Below the pieces are notes generated by a model. It had not been told where the DNA came from and ran no database searches. It saw only the letters and a program-made list of their open reading frames with translations. DNA of 64,000 nt, from the NCBI GenBank assembly GCA_030704615.1, contig CM060732.1, forward strand, positions 59,086,001 to 59,150,000, read 5' to 3'. Below, one piece after another: positions 49,680 to 59,567 of this stretch; within the stretch, counting starts at the first letter, position 1, and every line of letters begins with the position of its first letter. Origin of the DNA: Takakia lepidozioides. Taxonomy: Eukaryota > Plantae > Bryophyta. The position numbers and the translations under genes are program-made.

Positions 49680-52600
49680 GGGTTGGGGCACCATGAGACC
49701 AACGCACGCTCACATCTACACATTGGCTCATGGAACTGTAATGGCTCGTTGTGGAGCCACCCTCAAGGGCTTCTAGATATTCTTTCCAAGTGTGATGTTC
49801 TTTTTCTTTTGGAAACTCATGCGTATGAAGGAAATGACCCCCCTTTTATTCTCGGGTATAGCTTTCAGTCAGTGATTCGTCCACGTACAGGTCTCAAAGG
49901 ATCTGGAGGTGTGGCTTGTTACTTTGCTGACTGGCTTCTCCCACTTATCTCCTTCCCATACAAAGACCCACTGGCAAGGTACATTTGGTGTCACATCAAA
50001 GGCTACAACATCCTGCTGGCGGGATGTTATTTTGCTCCGGCCGCATCTCCGCACAACGGCCTACATATTCGAACAGATTCACCATATGTTCCATTGGAAG
50101 ACGATATGGCCCGTTTCCGTACCCCACAAACGGACATTTTCTTGGTTGGAGATTTCAACGCCCGTACAGGAACACTACAGGCCCCCATCTTCGACCACAC
50201 AGATCCTCTACACATCCAATGCTCGCATACGGAATTGGAGAGGCAAAGTGCAGATTCCTCTTGCGAAATCACAAGTTACGGTCACCATCTACTCAAGTTT
50301 TGTGAAACTCAGGGGCTGTCCATTTACAATGAAACAACCAACTTCAAATCCTCCAGCCAGTTCACTTGCCACACGTACAAGGGCCAAAGCGTGGTTGACT
50401 ATCTCTTGGGGAGCCCCAACAAGCCTGATAGAATAAGCTCCTTTTACATCACGAGGTACCCAGATTCTGATCACTCTTGCCTTTCCTTTGCATTTCCTTC
50501 CATCTCCCTCCCCGTGAGGATCCCCTCTGCGTCTCTTCCCTTACACCCACGTATCCACTTTAATACCCCTTTCTCTCACTTACACGACGCCGAGTATGAA
50601 ACATACCTAGCGTCAACCCTCCCTTCCATTCTACATCTATCATCTCCTAACGACAAGGCTACACATCTTACTCAAGCCCTTTGGGACTCAGCCCTGCGAT
50701 CCTTTCATGTCACCCTTCCATCTACCTCCTCACCCTTCTCCACTCGTCGTTACGCACCATTTTATGATGAGGAATGCAAGACTGCTAGACGTCGCATCAA
50801 ATTTTTACTACTTGATACCAATTCTTCTCCAGAGTCCACTAATCTTGCTCTTAAGCACTATAAGTCCCTCATTAGATCCAAAAAGCAAGCCTACACTATC
50901 AAGCTGCAATCTTCTTTCCTTGCTAAAATCAGATTTTCTCCTCGATCTTTTTGGTCCCTCCTTAAACCTCATAGAGATCCCCCCCCAATCACTGACATTC
51001 ATGTCTGGCATGAGTATGCACAGTCTTTGTACCATTCCCCAACCCAAACTCCTTCTCCTATAACCTCTAAACCCCTTCACTTCTCTCTCTTTACTATAGC
51101 CAATGTCAGTAAGGCAATGCAGAAGCTGCAAAATGGCAGAGCGGTGGACATTTCAGGACTTCAGAGTGAATTCATCAAGCATGCTGCACCTACTTTAGCC
51201 CCTTTTATAGCTAACCTCTTCAATGAGGTGGTGCAATGGGGCTTCCCAACAGAGTGGACAAAGAGCATCATCCACCCACTTTTTAAGAGCGGTGACAGGC
51301 TCGCACTGACAAACTATCGTACTATCATGGTGTCCTCATTACTTGCTAAACTGTTTGGGGCAGTAGTGGCCATGGAACTGGATGATTGGGCTGAGCACTC
51401 TCGCATTCGTGCTGAGGGACAGGCTGGTTTCCGTCGAAACCGATCCACTATTGACCACATCTTCACTCTTCAAGTTATGGTGGAAAGTGCACGCTATGAC
51501 AAAAGAATGGTCTATGTTTGCTTCGTGGACTTTCACAAAGCCTTTGATTCAGTTCCTCGGGACCTTCTCTTCCAACGGCTCCATAGAGTGGAAGTCCCTC
51601 CAGACATCCTTTGTGCCATCTCTTCTATGTATGAGATTGTCACTGGCATGGTCAACGTCGCTGGTGAATTCTCAGCCGAGATCCACAGCAACATTGGAGT
51701 CAAACAGGGCTGCCCCCTTTCACCTACCCTGTTCGGGATCTACATTGACGGCTTGGAGAATTACATATCAAAAAACCATGGGGTTGGGGTCCCATTGGAT
51801 GGGGGACCAACCCAATCAGATCTCCTCTATGCTGATGATGTTGCCCTTTTGGCACAATCCCCGGTCTTTCTGCAACGCCATCTCAAAATTTTGGAACAGT
51901 TCTGCAAAGACTATGGGATGCAGGTCAATCTTAGCAAGACCAAGATCATGGTCTTCAATGGCCAGGCTGATCGTAGATTCATCTTCAACCAGCAGGAAAT
52001 TGAGATTGTGAAATCATACCGGTACCTAGGTCTGGTTATCCACTCCCCCAAGTTTCACTTTGCAGCCACTGCCTTGGACAGGTTGACTAAAGGTAAGGTG
52101 GCCTCCGTCCGCCTTCAGGCCAAATGCAAGCAAATACATCTGCGGCATCCCCCGACCAAAAAGTGGCTGTTTGACACCGTCGTCAGCCCTGCTACCATCT
52201 ATGGTTGTGAGTTCTGGGCACCTGGTGTCCCTGTCTCCTGGTGGGAAAAGAATTTGGAACCATTACAATCATCTTTTCTCCAAGCAATGCTTGGCGCCGG
52301 GAGCACAACTCCATCTCAGATCCTAGGTGCAGAGTTCGCATGTGTACCATTGCAATCCGAGGCCCTCTTCACGCTTACAATCTTTCTCCATAGATTGCAG
52401 GCCCTTCCACCCAAAGGGCTAGTGGCTAGGGCCCTCACAACATCTATGAGGCTCAAAGCTGCAGGTTTCAGGAACTCCTGGTATGCTCGAGTGGACAGTT
52501 TATTTCAACGTAACGGACTTTCTAATGCTTTCCTATTACCAATGAACCCAGATGAGGTGGACATCACATCCAGACATGACCGCAACATACTCATTCGGAG

Positions 52601-53048
52601 AGAGCTTATGGAATTACATGTCAAGAGAACTTGGATGCTACCCAATCTCACGACAAAGCTCCACTTCTATCGAGAGACATTCTTGGTGCTCCGCGATGAT
52701 AGAATCTTGAGACCAAATTACCTTTCAGCACCCTTATCTCCTTCCCTCTTGAGGGCATTGGGGCGGTTCAGGGTGGGTTCCCACAACCTACGGATAGAGA
52801 CTGGCAGATGGGAAAACCTGCAACCGGAGGACCGCCTATGTCCAGCTTGCATAGGGCGCAGCAAGGAAATTGAAACTGAAGAACACTTCTTCTTCTACTG
52901 CCCTCTATACTACGAGATCCGTGGGAGATTCCACTGTTTATTCAGTGGAACCCAAACTCTCACTGATGTCTTTCACTATGAGGATAAAAAATGCTTGGCA
53001 GCCTACCTACACGAGGCCTTCACCCTTAGACAATCGCTAGAACATTAA
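49680..53048 (+). CDS. LINE ORF2: AP endonuclease, reverse transcriptase and C-terminal CCHC finger; open frame with no initiating ATG
   Basis: SWNCNG, LLETH, GDFNAR, VVDY, SDH; QAGFR, FVDFHKAFDSV, GVKQGCPLSP, LYADD, YRYLG; RFRVGSHNLRIETGRW..RLCPAC..ETEEHFFFYCPLY. Confidence 0.93.
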   Translation, partial: GLGHHETNARSHLHIGSWNCNGSLWSHPQGLLDILSKCDVLFLLETHAYEGNDPPFILGYSFQSVIRPRTGLKGSGGVACYFADWLLPLISFPYKDPLARYIWCHIKGYNILLAGCYFAPAASPHNGLHIRTDSPYVPLEDDMARFRTPQTDIFLVGDFNARTGTLQAPIFDHTDPLHIQCSHTELERQSADSSCEITSYGHHLLKFCETQGLSIYNETTNFKSSSQFTCHTYKGQSVVDYLLGSPNKPDRISSFYITRYPDSDHSCLSFAFPSISLPVRIPSASLPLHPRIHFNTPFSHLHDAEYETYLASTLPSILHLSSPNDKATHLTQALWDSALRSFHVTLPSTSSPFSTRRYAPFYDEECKTARRRIKFLLLDTNSSPESTNLALKHYKSLIRSKKQAYTIKLQSSFLAKIRFSPRSFWSLLKPHRDPPPITDIHVWHEYAQSLYHSPTQTPSPITSKPLHFSLFTIANVSKAMQKLQNGRAVDISGLQSEFIKHAAPTLAPFIANLFNEVVQWGFPTEWTKSIIHPLFKSGDRLALTNYRTIMVSSLLAKLFGAVVAMELDDWAEHSRIRAEGQAGFRRNRSTIDHIFTLQVMVESARYDKRMVYVCFVDFHKAFDSVPRDLLFQRLHRVEVPPDILCAISSMYEIVTGMVNVAGEFSAEIHSNIGVKQGCPLSPTLFGIYIDGLENYISKNHGVGVPLDGGPTQSDLLYADDVALLAQSPVFLQRHLKILEQFCKDYGMQVNLSKTKIMVFNGQADRRFIFNQQEIEIVKSYRYLGLVIHSPKFHFAATALDRLTKGKVASVRLQAKCKQIHLRHPPTKKWLFDTVVSPATIYGCEFWAPGVPVSWWEKNLEPLQSSFLQAMLGAGSTTPSQILGAEFACVPLQSEALFTLTIFLHRLQALPPKGLVARALTTSMRLKAAGFRNSWYARVDSLFQRNGLSNAFLLPMNPDEVDITSRHDRNILIRRELMELHVKRTWMLPNLTTKLHFYRETFLVLRDDRILRPNYLSAPLSPSLLRALGRFRVGSHNLRIETGRWENLQPEDRLCPACIGRSKEIETEEHFFFYCPLYYEIRGRFHCLFSGTQTLTDVFHYEDKKCLAAYLHEAFTLRQSLEH

Positions 53049-53233
53049 TTGTGGTTTCTGGATTTGTTCCTCTCTCATGTTTTCTTCCATTTTGTCCCAT
53101 AAGCTCTACGAGCTTTCCGCGGACGTTATAAAGCACCATTTCATTTCATGTCAGTGCTAATTGTCAAGGAAGCTGGGTGGTAAAGTATATGGCTTTTGCA
53201 TTATTTGAATGATTCACATGCCCCTTGTGAATT

Positions 53234-56200
53234 GTCGCCCAGTACTGGTACTCCGCAAGGAGGATCGAGATGATGAGGACACTGCCCATGTGAAGGAAGT
53301 CACTCTCCACTTTCTGCAAGAGGTAAGTAGCGGCTAAAACAACTTGCATGCATGTCGTTGAAAGAGGTGGGACAGACGAGAGCAGATGCCTGCGCCGTGA
53401 GCGCCATAGCCGTGGAGTTCTGGTCTACATGTGCTATCCTCATCGTGTTGCAATCTTTCACGCCAACTTTGCTTTCTGAGTTCCTCTTAGGAAGCTTTGT
53501 GCATCGGACGTGGTTTGTACGTTGTACTTTTGTTACGTCTTTTCAGGTGAATACTTGATCATTTCCATTGATTTCCATAGCTGTCTAGGTCTGCGATGTG
53601 CACTACTGTCATGAATCATGAGTGTCCCAAACAGTGAGAATGTACTGGACTATCTTGAGGAGAGGAAGCTCCAGTACGACAACGTTGGTAAAACTATCAA
53701 GCCACAGTCACTCGCACTGATGATGCGCTGATGCGTGAGGCAAATTAGCTGAAATTCCACGAGGACTGTCCACCCATGAAGCAGACAATGGGGGTGCATT
53801 TTCAGTGACAAACGGCTCTTTCGGTTTTGTTGACGGAATGGATGGAATGTGATATGACAGAGTGCTACAACTTCAAGTCAGCAGATGAATGCCTCGCGAG
53901 GGTCCAAGGTTTCATGCCATGAATCAACAAGATGTTGCGTTCCTTAAGAGGTGTCTACCTTTTCTGCTCCTTCAGTCGTTGCCCATGCCATCAGCACACA
54001 CGGGTAGCGTTGCCTGGTCCTTCCTGCCCACAGACATCTGCACTTGCTGGTCACAAAAGAAAACCATGTGACTTGATACAAAGGATTGACAAACACGGTC
54101 CAAGGGTCGTCAGAAGAGAAATTAATTTAGCAGAAAGTTGAGCAGACGTAACAGCAACAGATCAACACAATCAACTATACTTGCAGCTGGGGATCACTGC
54201 TCAAGCAATAACACATGGCATCCCAAGCCTGGGTAGCCACAGCAATTCATTCCGCCTTATTGAAACAGCTCAGTTACAGTCCAGTCACAAGAACTGGTGG
54301 AGGTATGCGACCTCTTCTTTCTTTAGTGTCTGTGGCAAACGTTCTAGTGGTGGGTGTAGGTATTCCACCCTCGGAAGAAAAAAGCAAAACACAAATTAGT
54401 CCTAGCAAAAAATAACATGCACGTACGGCGTAAATGCATGTCGCTCACCTCCCATCCTCCCCCGAGCTTTTTATTTTTATGTCTCGCAAGAGACAACTAC
54501 TTGTGCCCTATTGCAGTATTTATATACGACAAGTAAAACAATACAAAGGATATGGGATTATTACAATTAACTGGGAGGAGTGAATATGGTTCATTAAAAG
54601 ATGGTTTCCATTTACTGTCCCCATTTGATTTTCTTAGACATAACCAACCCTAGGTCTACTCATCATATTCCTCCCTCTGCCAAGTTGACTATCCAAATGT
54701 AAAATAATACCTACATTCCCCCGCCCAGGTGGGTATCTAGTATCTACATATAGTGCAGAGAATACGTAGACAGAAGTTGGTTATGAAAATGAGGTCATGC
54801 GATCCTGCGATCCTGCGTCATCTGCTCTTCTCTTTCACTCGCATCCTACTTTCCTGGCGACATGCAAACTCATTTCTTCGCCTTTTGAGAACCTGCGGTG
54901 ATTGGCGCCCCTGAAGATTAGGTAGTCAACTTCTGAAGTTTTTTGCCATACACGAGGAGTTCCCCAGGATTTGGGAGCGGAAAGTGATATGCAGATGGTT
55001 AAACTGAAAGCGCATGTTATACTTGTGGGTGGGTAGATCGCAGATTTCGCTTTGGCAGACTGTAACCGCCACAGCGAAACGACCCAGAAAACGGGAGACA
55101 AACAAGGAAAAGATGGAAGATTTGCTAGATAATTAACCGGGGATCTTCGTTCCTCTGCATACATAGATTTCCCGAGAAGATTTCCTGCACTGCTAGATAA
55201 TTATCCGCGCGCTAGGGGGACCTTCGTTCATCTGCATACATAGATTTCCTGAGAAGATTTCCTGCAGTGCCCATGCCGAGCTTGTAGAGGATATCGGGCC
55301 GAACGTAAATGCTACCTGAAGGAACACACAGGGACAGATAGAACGAGTCCGTTTCAGAGAGAGAGGTCTTCCGTACCATACATTGGAGATTTCTGAGAGT
55401 TTTGCATAGACTGTAAATCCCATTGTGCTGTTAGAACAGTTACTTTCCTATCAGCGAAGAGACAGCGAGGGAAAGGGAGTTGGCAAGGTTTTGAGAATTT
55501 TGAAATCTAGATGGGTCCTTCAATGGAAATCTACAAGAAAATCAACGTCGCACGCTGTGTATGTGTCATTTATTGGCAGTTTGCGTAATTATTTTGGACG
55601 GGACTGATCAGGAAGAAAAACAAAAGAAGAACAGATGTGGACAATGATATCCGAAGATCACCAGCTGGTAATACCTGATTGTGTACACTGATCTATGACG
55701 CGAGAGAGTGTTTGTTATAGAAACAATCCAGTCACAAGAATTACTGGAGGTACGTGACCCACCCTGTTCATTCCGATCTGTGGCAAACATTCTAACTGCG
55801 AAGCTCTTATGGTGGGTGTAGGTATTCCAACCCTCGACCGTCCACACCAAGAAGAAACCAAAACAGCACAAAGTGAAATGCATGTGGCTCACCTCCCATC
55901 CTATCTATCATCCATCTACCAGGTCGGTTTAGGGCAATTGTTTTAATCAGGATTATCCCATATCGTTTGTATTGTTTTTACTTGCTTCTATAAATACTGA
56001 AATAGGGCACAAGTTGGTATCTCTTGCGAGACATAAAAGTAAAACGCTCGGGGGAGGATGGGAGGTGAGCCACCGTGCATGTTATTTTTTGCTCTTAATT
56101 TCTGTTTTGTCCATGTACATTTGGATCAATTCCCTGTAAAACCACGATGCCACATTTAGTGAAAGGCGATTACACCACCCCAGCGGTTTAGGTATTCGAA

Positions 56201-56921
56201 CCCTCGTCCGTAGCGGTCCAAATACATGGAGAAAAAAAGAAAAACAGAAATTAGGAGCAAAAAAGAACATGCAGGGAAATGCATGTCGCTCGCCTCCCAT
56301 CCTCCCCCGAGCCACCAACTTGTGCGCTATTTCAGAATTTATAGCAGCAAGTCAAAACGATGCAAACGATATGGGATAATATTGACCAAAAGAATTGCCC
56401 TAAACTGGGTACTTGTGGCTTGGTTGTTCGAATAAGTAAGTAAAATGACCGATCAGGATTATTGTGGCGAGTTATGGAAGCCACAAGGGGGCTGTCAAGG
56501 CCCTGCATTTCTGAAACACTGGGGGCTCTGGGGGCTCGGATATACATCGGTGGGAGAAAGAGAGATCAGGTCCGTGCAGGAATGGACAGTGAGGGTCAAC
56601 AAGGCCCCACAGATCTGCTTGAACCATTCATGCAGGGACAACATCATTTTGTATGTTTTTATGTAGGAGATTGGAAGCAACCTCTGACTCCTTATATGTA
56701 GGCCCCCATGCTTGACAAAAACTGTGATGCTTTTGCTTTCTGTATGTTCTTCCCTAGCTTCCATGGGAAATTTGATAAGATTGAAGCATACTTGCAATTT
56801 GTGGAGTTGTTCGTCTTTTGAGAAGGCTGGGTAGTGTGCGAAGGAAGGATGCCTGCATGACCACCATCATAGTCTGGTGCATTGACGCAGGATCCTTACT
56901 ACGCTTCCCTGCAACAATCAC
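53234..56921 (+). repeat. Copy A of a direct segmental duplication (copy B 59568-62681)
   Basis: Near-identical sequence. Copy B lacks about 53691-54321 and 56602-56764 and carries a LINE insert. Confidence 0.92.
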
Positions 56922-57039
56922 ATGAATCTTTTTGTGCGTCCCCTGTAGGGGGAAATATGTCAAATCCCCTATCTACAGGAAGGGGATTCGACGGAAAAAG
57001 ATAGTATGCAGGGTTTTTTTTGGTCATTGGGGAAAGTGG

Positions 57040-57190
57040 GACCACAGGGGATATTACACGTAGGGGATATGCAGGGGTATTACACACAGGGGATATGCAC
57101 GTAGGGGATATGCAGGGGGTATTACAAGCAGGGGATATGCCCCAAGGGGATAAGGGCATATATATCACCATAGGGATACGAAATAGGGAT
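57040..57190 (+). repeat. GGGGATAT(GCA)-based minisatellite
   Basis: About 9 degenerate copies of AGGGGATATGC/AGGGGTATTAC. Confidence 0.75.
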
Positions 57191-57549
57191 GCCTACACGG
57201 TTTGGGCTCTACACAGATATTCTTGGAGCACACACACTTTAGAAACCAGCTTTTCTGTTGAACTCAAACCGTTTTTTCACTGTCTTCCCTTCTAATGTCA
57301 AAATGGCAAGACACCAGATGTATCATATTAGCTCAAAAGGGCCAGCAAGGCATTTATCTGCAATGTGCCAACTGTTGAAACTCCACTAATAATTGCTGAC
57401 AATTGTACTGCAAGAACCCTCAAGCGTTGAGGGTCAGCTGAATGTCATATACGTCCATGACGCAAATCTCCACATCTGTTTAACTTATTGTCAACAAATT
57501 ATAAACTTATAAACCACTCTCTATCATTTCATTCAATAACAACTTCAAT

Positions 57550-57981
57550 ACCGTCTGGGGACTTAGCTGACTTCTTCATCATTTTCAACTTCTCAACAGT
57601 CATGCCTACAAGTTCTGCCACTTCTTCATCCCATGGTTGGCGGCCATGTTCCTGAATCAACATCTTCTTAGCTTTGTTGATCCGCGCTATTATCTCATAG
57701 ACATGAATCTGCAAGGAACACCCACCATAACAATGGGTCCACTTTCACTTTTACAAAATGCAGAGCTACAACTGTATTCATTCATGCGAAGTTCTTCAGA
57801 TTAGTTTCATGCTGGTGTGACAAGCCAAAAGGCCACATATAGGCAAGCGGATGGTTCTTGACTGCTCAGCTATTGCATGCGTGATGGCCTGCCGAATCCA
57901 CCAGAAATCAAATGTGGAGAACTTGAACCCCTTCTTGGGATCAAACTTTTCATCTCCACGAATCAAACCCAAGCTCCCTTC
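57550..57981 (-). pseudogene. SIG: Two captured exons of a nuclear-encoded plastid sigma-70 factor (regions 2.2-3)
   Basis: ag|[47 protein letters not shown], then an intron with a mutated donor (ATATGT), then ag|IHVYEIIARINKAKKMLIQEHGRQPWDEEVAELVGMTVEKL. Confidence 0.85.
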
Positions 57982-58199
57982 CTGCCAAAGAAAATGTACA
58001 GTTTTGAGTCAGATACGACAGGTGCATACGACAAGAACATGATGCTGACCACATCCGTTGATATTACATTTTGAACGAGTTGGACACAATGCAAAGTCTT
58101 TTGAGGCACTCAGATCTTCCGAGAGAAACACTGGATAACCATGTATTGACATTAAACACATTACAACTAGCTGGTGTGCACGTTGGGAATAGAAGATCA

Positions 58200-58272
58200 A
58201 CCCTCCTTTGAACCAGTCTTAAGCCTGTGAAACCTGTTGCTCCTGTAATTGCCACAATCATCTTATCTGTCT
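58200..58272 (-). pseudogene. Fragment of an SDR39U1/GC1-like epimerase
   Basis: MIVAITGATGFTGLRLVQR, the Rossmann start typical of GC1/SulA-like proteins. Confidence 0.55.
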
Positions 58273-58367
58273 GCAACAACTCCAGTGCATTGAATCTATG
58301 AGAGGCCTGTCCAAACTCGACCTACTTCTGAATCAAACAGTATAAATGCCTCGTAGACATCAAACAC

Positions 58368-58752
58368 AAATTAATGTTCTAGCGATTGTCTAAGGGTGAA
58401 GGCCTCGTGTAGGTAGGCTGCCACGCATTTTTGATCCTCATAGTGAAAGACATCAGTGAGAGTTTGGGTTCCACTGAATAAACAGTGAAATCTCCCACGG
58501 ATCTCGTAGTATAGAGGGCAGTAGAAGAAGAAGTGTTCTTCAGTTTCAATTTCCTTGCTGCGCCCTATGCAAGCTGGACATAGGCGGTCCTCCCGTTGCA
58601 GGTTTTCCCATCTGCCAGTCTCTATCCGTAGGTTGTGGGAACCCACCCTGAACCGCCCCAATGCCCTCAAGAGGGAAGGAGATAAGGGTGCTGAAAGGTA
58701 ATTTGGTCTCAAGATTCTATCATCGCGGAGCACCAAGAATGTCTCTCGATAG
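58368..58752 (-). mobile_element. Fragment of the LINE ORF2 3' end (no tail)
   Basis: Nearly identical to 52667-53050. Confidence 0.9.
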
Positions 58753-59130
58753 CAAGACAAAGCAAGGTGCCCAATATCAAAACATTTCTGGGAGACTGCA
58801 CTGCTTGAAACTCGGGACAAAGAACCCCTATCTGCAAATGCCTGTCAGTTGATCTGAGATTGAACTTTAATCTCGGTAAAAGTACCAGTTCAGATAATAG
58901 AGGGAGAGACCTCGCTGCCATAAATCTACAACAAGCCCACAGACAGTCGGTCCCAAGGTGAGCGTTGAGGCGAAATTTTTCCAAAATGTACAGTTGTGCA
59001 ATTCCCGAAGGGTGTCAGTGATCGTTCACTGGGTGAGACGATGTCTACCACCCTTGCAGCAACTGCTAGAAAACAAGGCATAAATGAGGAATTGCATATG
59101 ATGACTACCACGCAAGGATTAACCATCACA

Positions 59131-59480
59131 CATGGCTTTTGTTGGGGGTCCAGCTCCAGGGCTCTGTCAAATTCCGCCTCCGACCCATCCCCCTGTGCGA
59201 ACATGCCATTAATCAAGATTATGATATACTGGGCAAAGACGGACACAATTGACCACGAACTCTCTACTTCTGCCTCCCGTACCCACTTAACAGTGGATGA
59301 CCCGAAAAGAGGTGGGGGTTGACCTGACAGTGGGAGAGACAGAACTAGAATACCATCGTTCACAAAATCGACAGTCAACTGGCTGGCATTCCAGAAAAAT
59401 CATAAAGTAACTCTCTTCGAAATGATGCACCTGCGCAAAAAGCTTCATGCCTCGTCGCGTTGCCAGGAGCTTCCTGTGGA
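59131..59480 (-). pseudogene. Two captured exons of a chloroplast TPR protein (At3g05625-like)
   Basis: LATRRGMKLFAQ|gtgcat...ag|GDGSEAEFDRALELDPQQKP. Confidence 0.65.
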
Positions 59481-59567
59481 CATCCAACTGTGGTGGCCAT
59501 AGCCCTCGCTGCAGCGACAGCTACAACAGCCGCCCCCACCCACAAGGCTGTGCCCACGACGACCACT

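Larger units (their letters stand above)
49204..53146 (+). mobile_element. RTEX-like non-LTR retrotransposon (LINE), 5'-truncated within ORF1
   Basis: 7-bp TSD CATGTCA (49197-49203 and 53147-53153), a (CATTT)n tail, an ORF1 remnant and an open ORF2. Confidence 0.9.

Noticed and set aside
54835-56700. Short ORFs repeated at 60762-62623 as conserved genes
   Set aside because: Their identity reflects the recent duplication, and they have no recognisable domains.
57550-57981. Bacterial contamination or horizontal transfer of rpoD
   Set aside because: The fragment is interrupted by a spliceosomal intron, consistent with a nuclear plant SIG gene.
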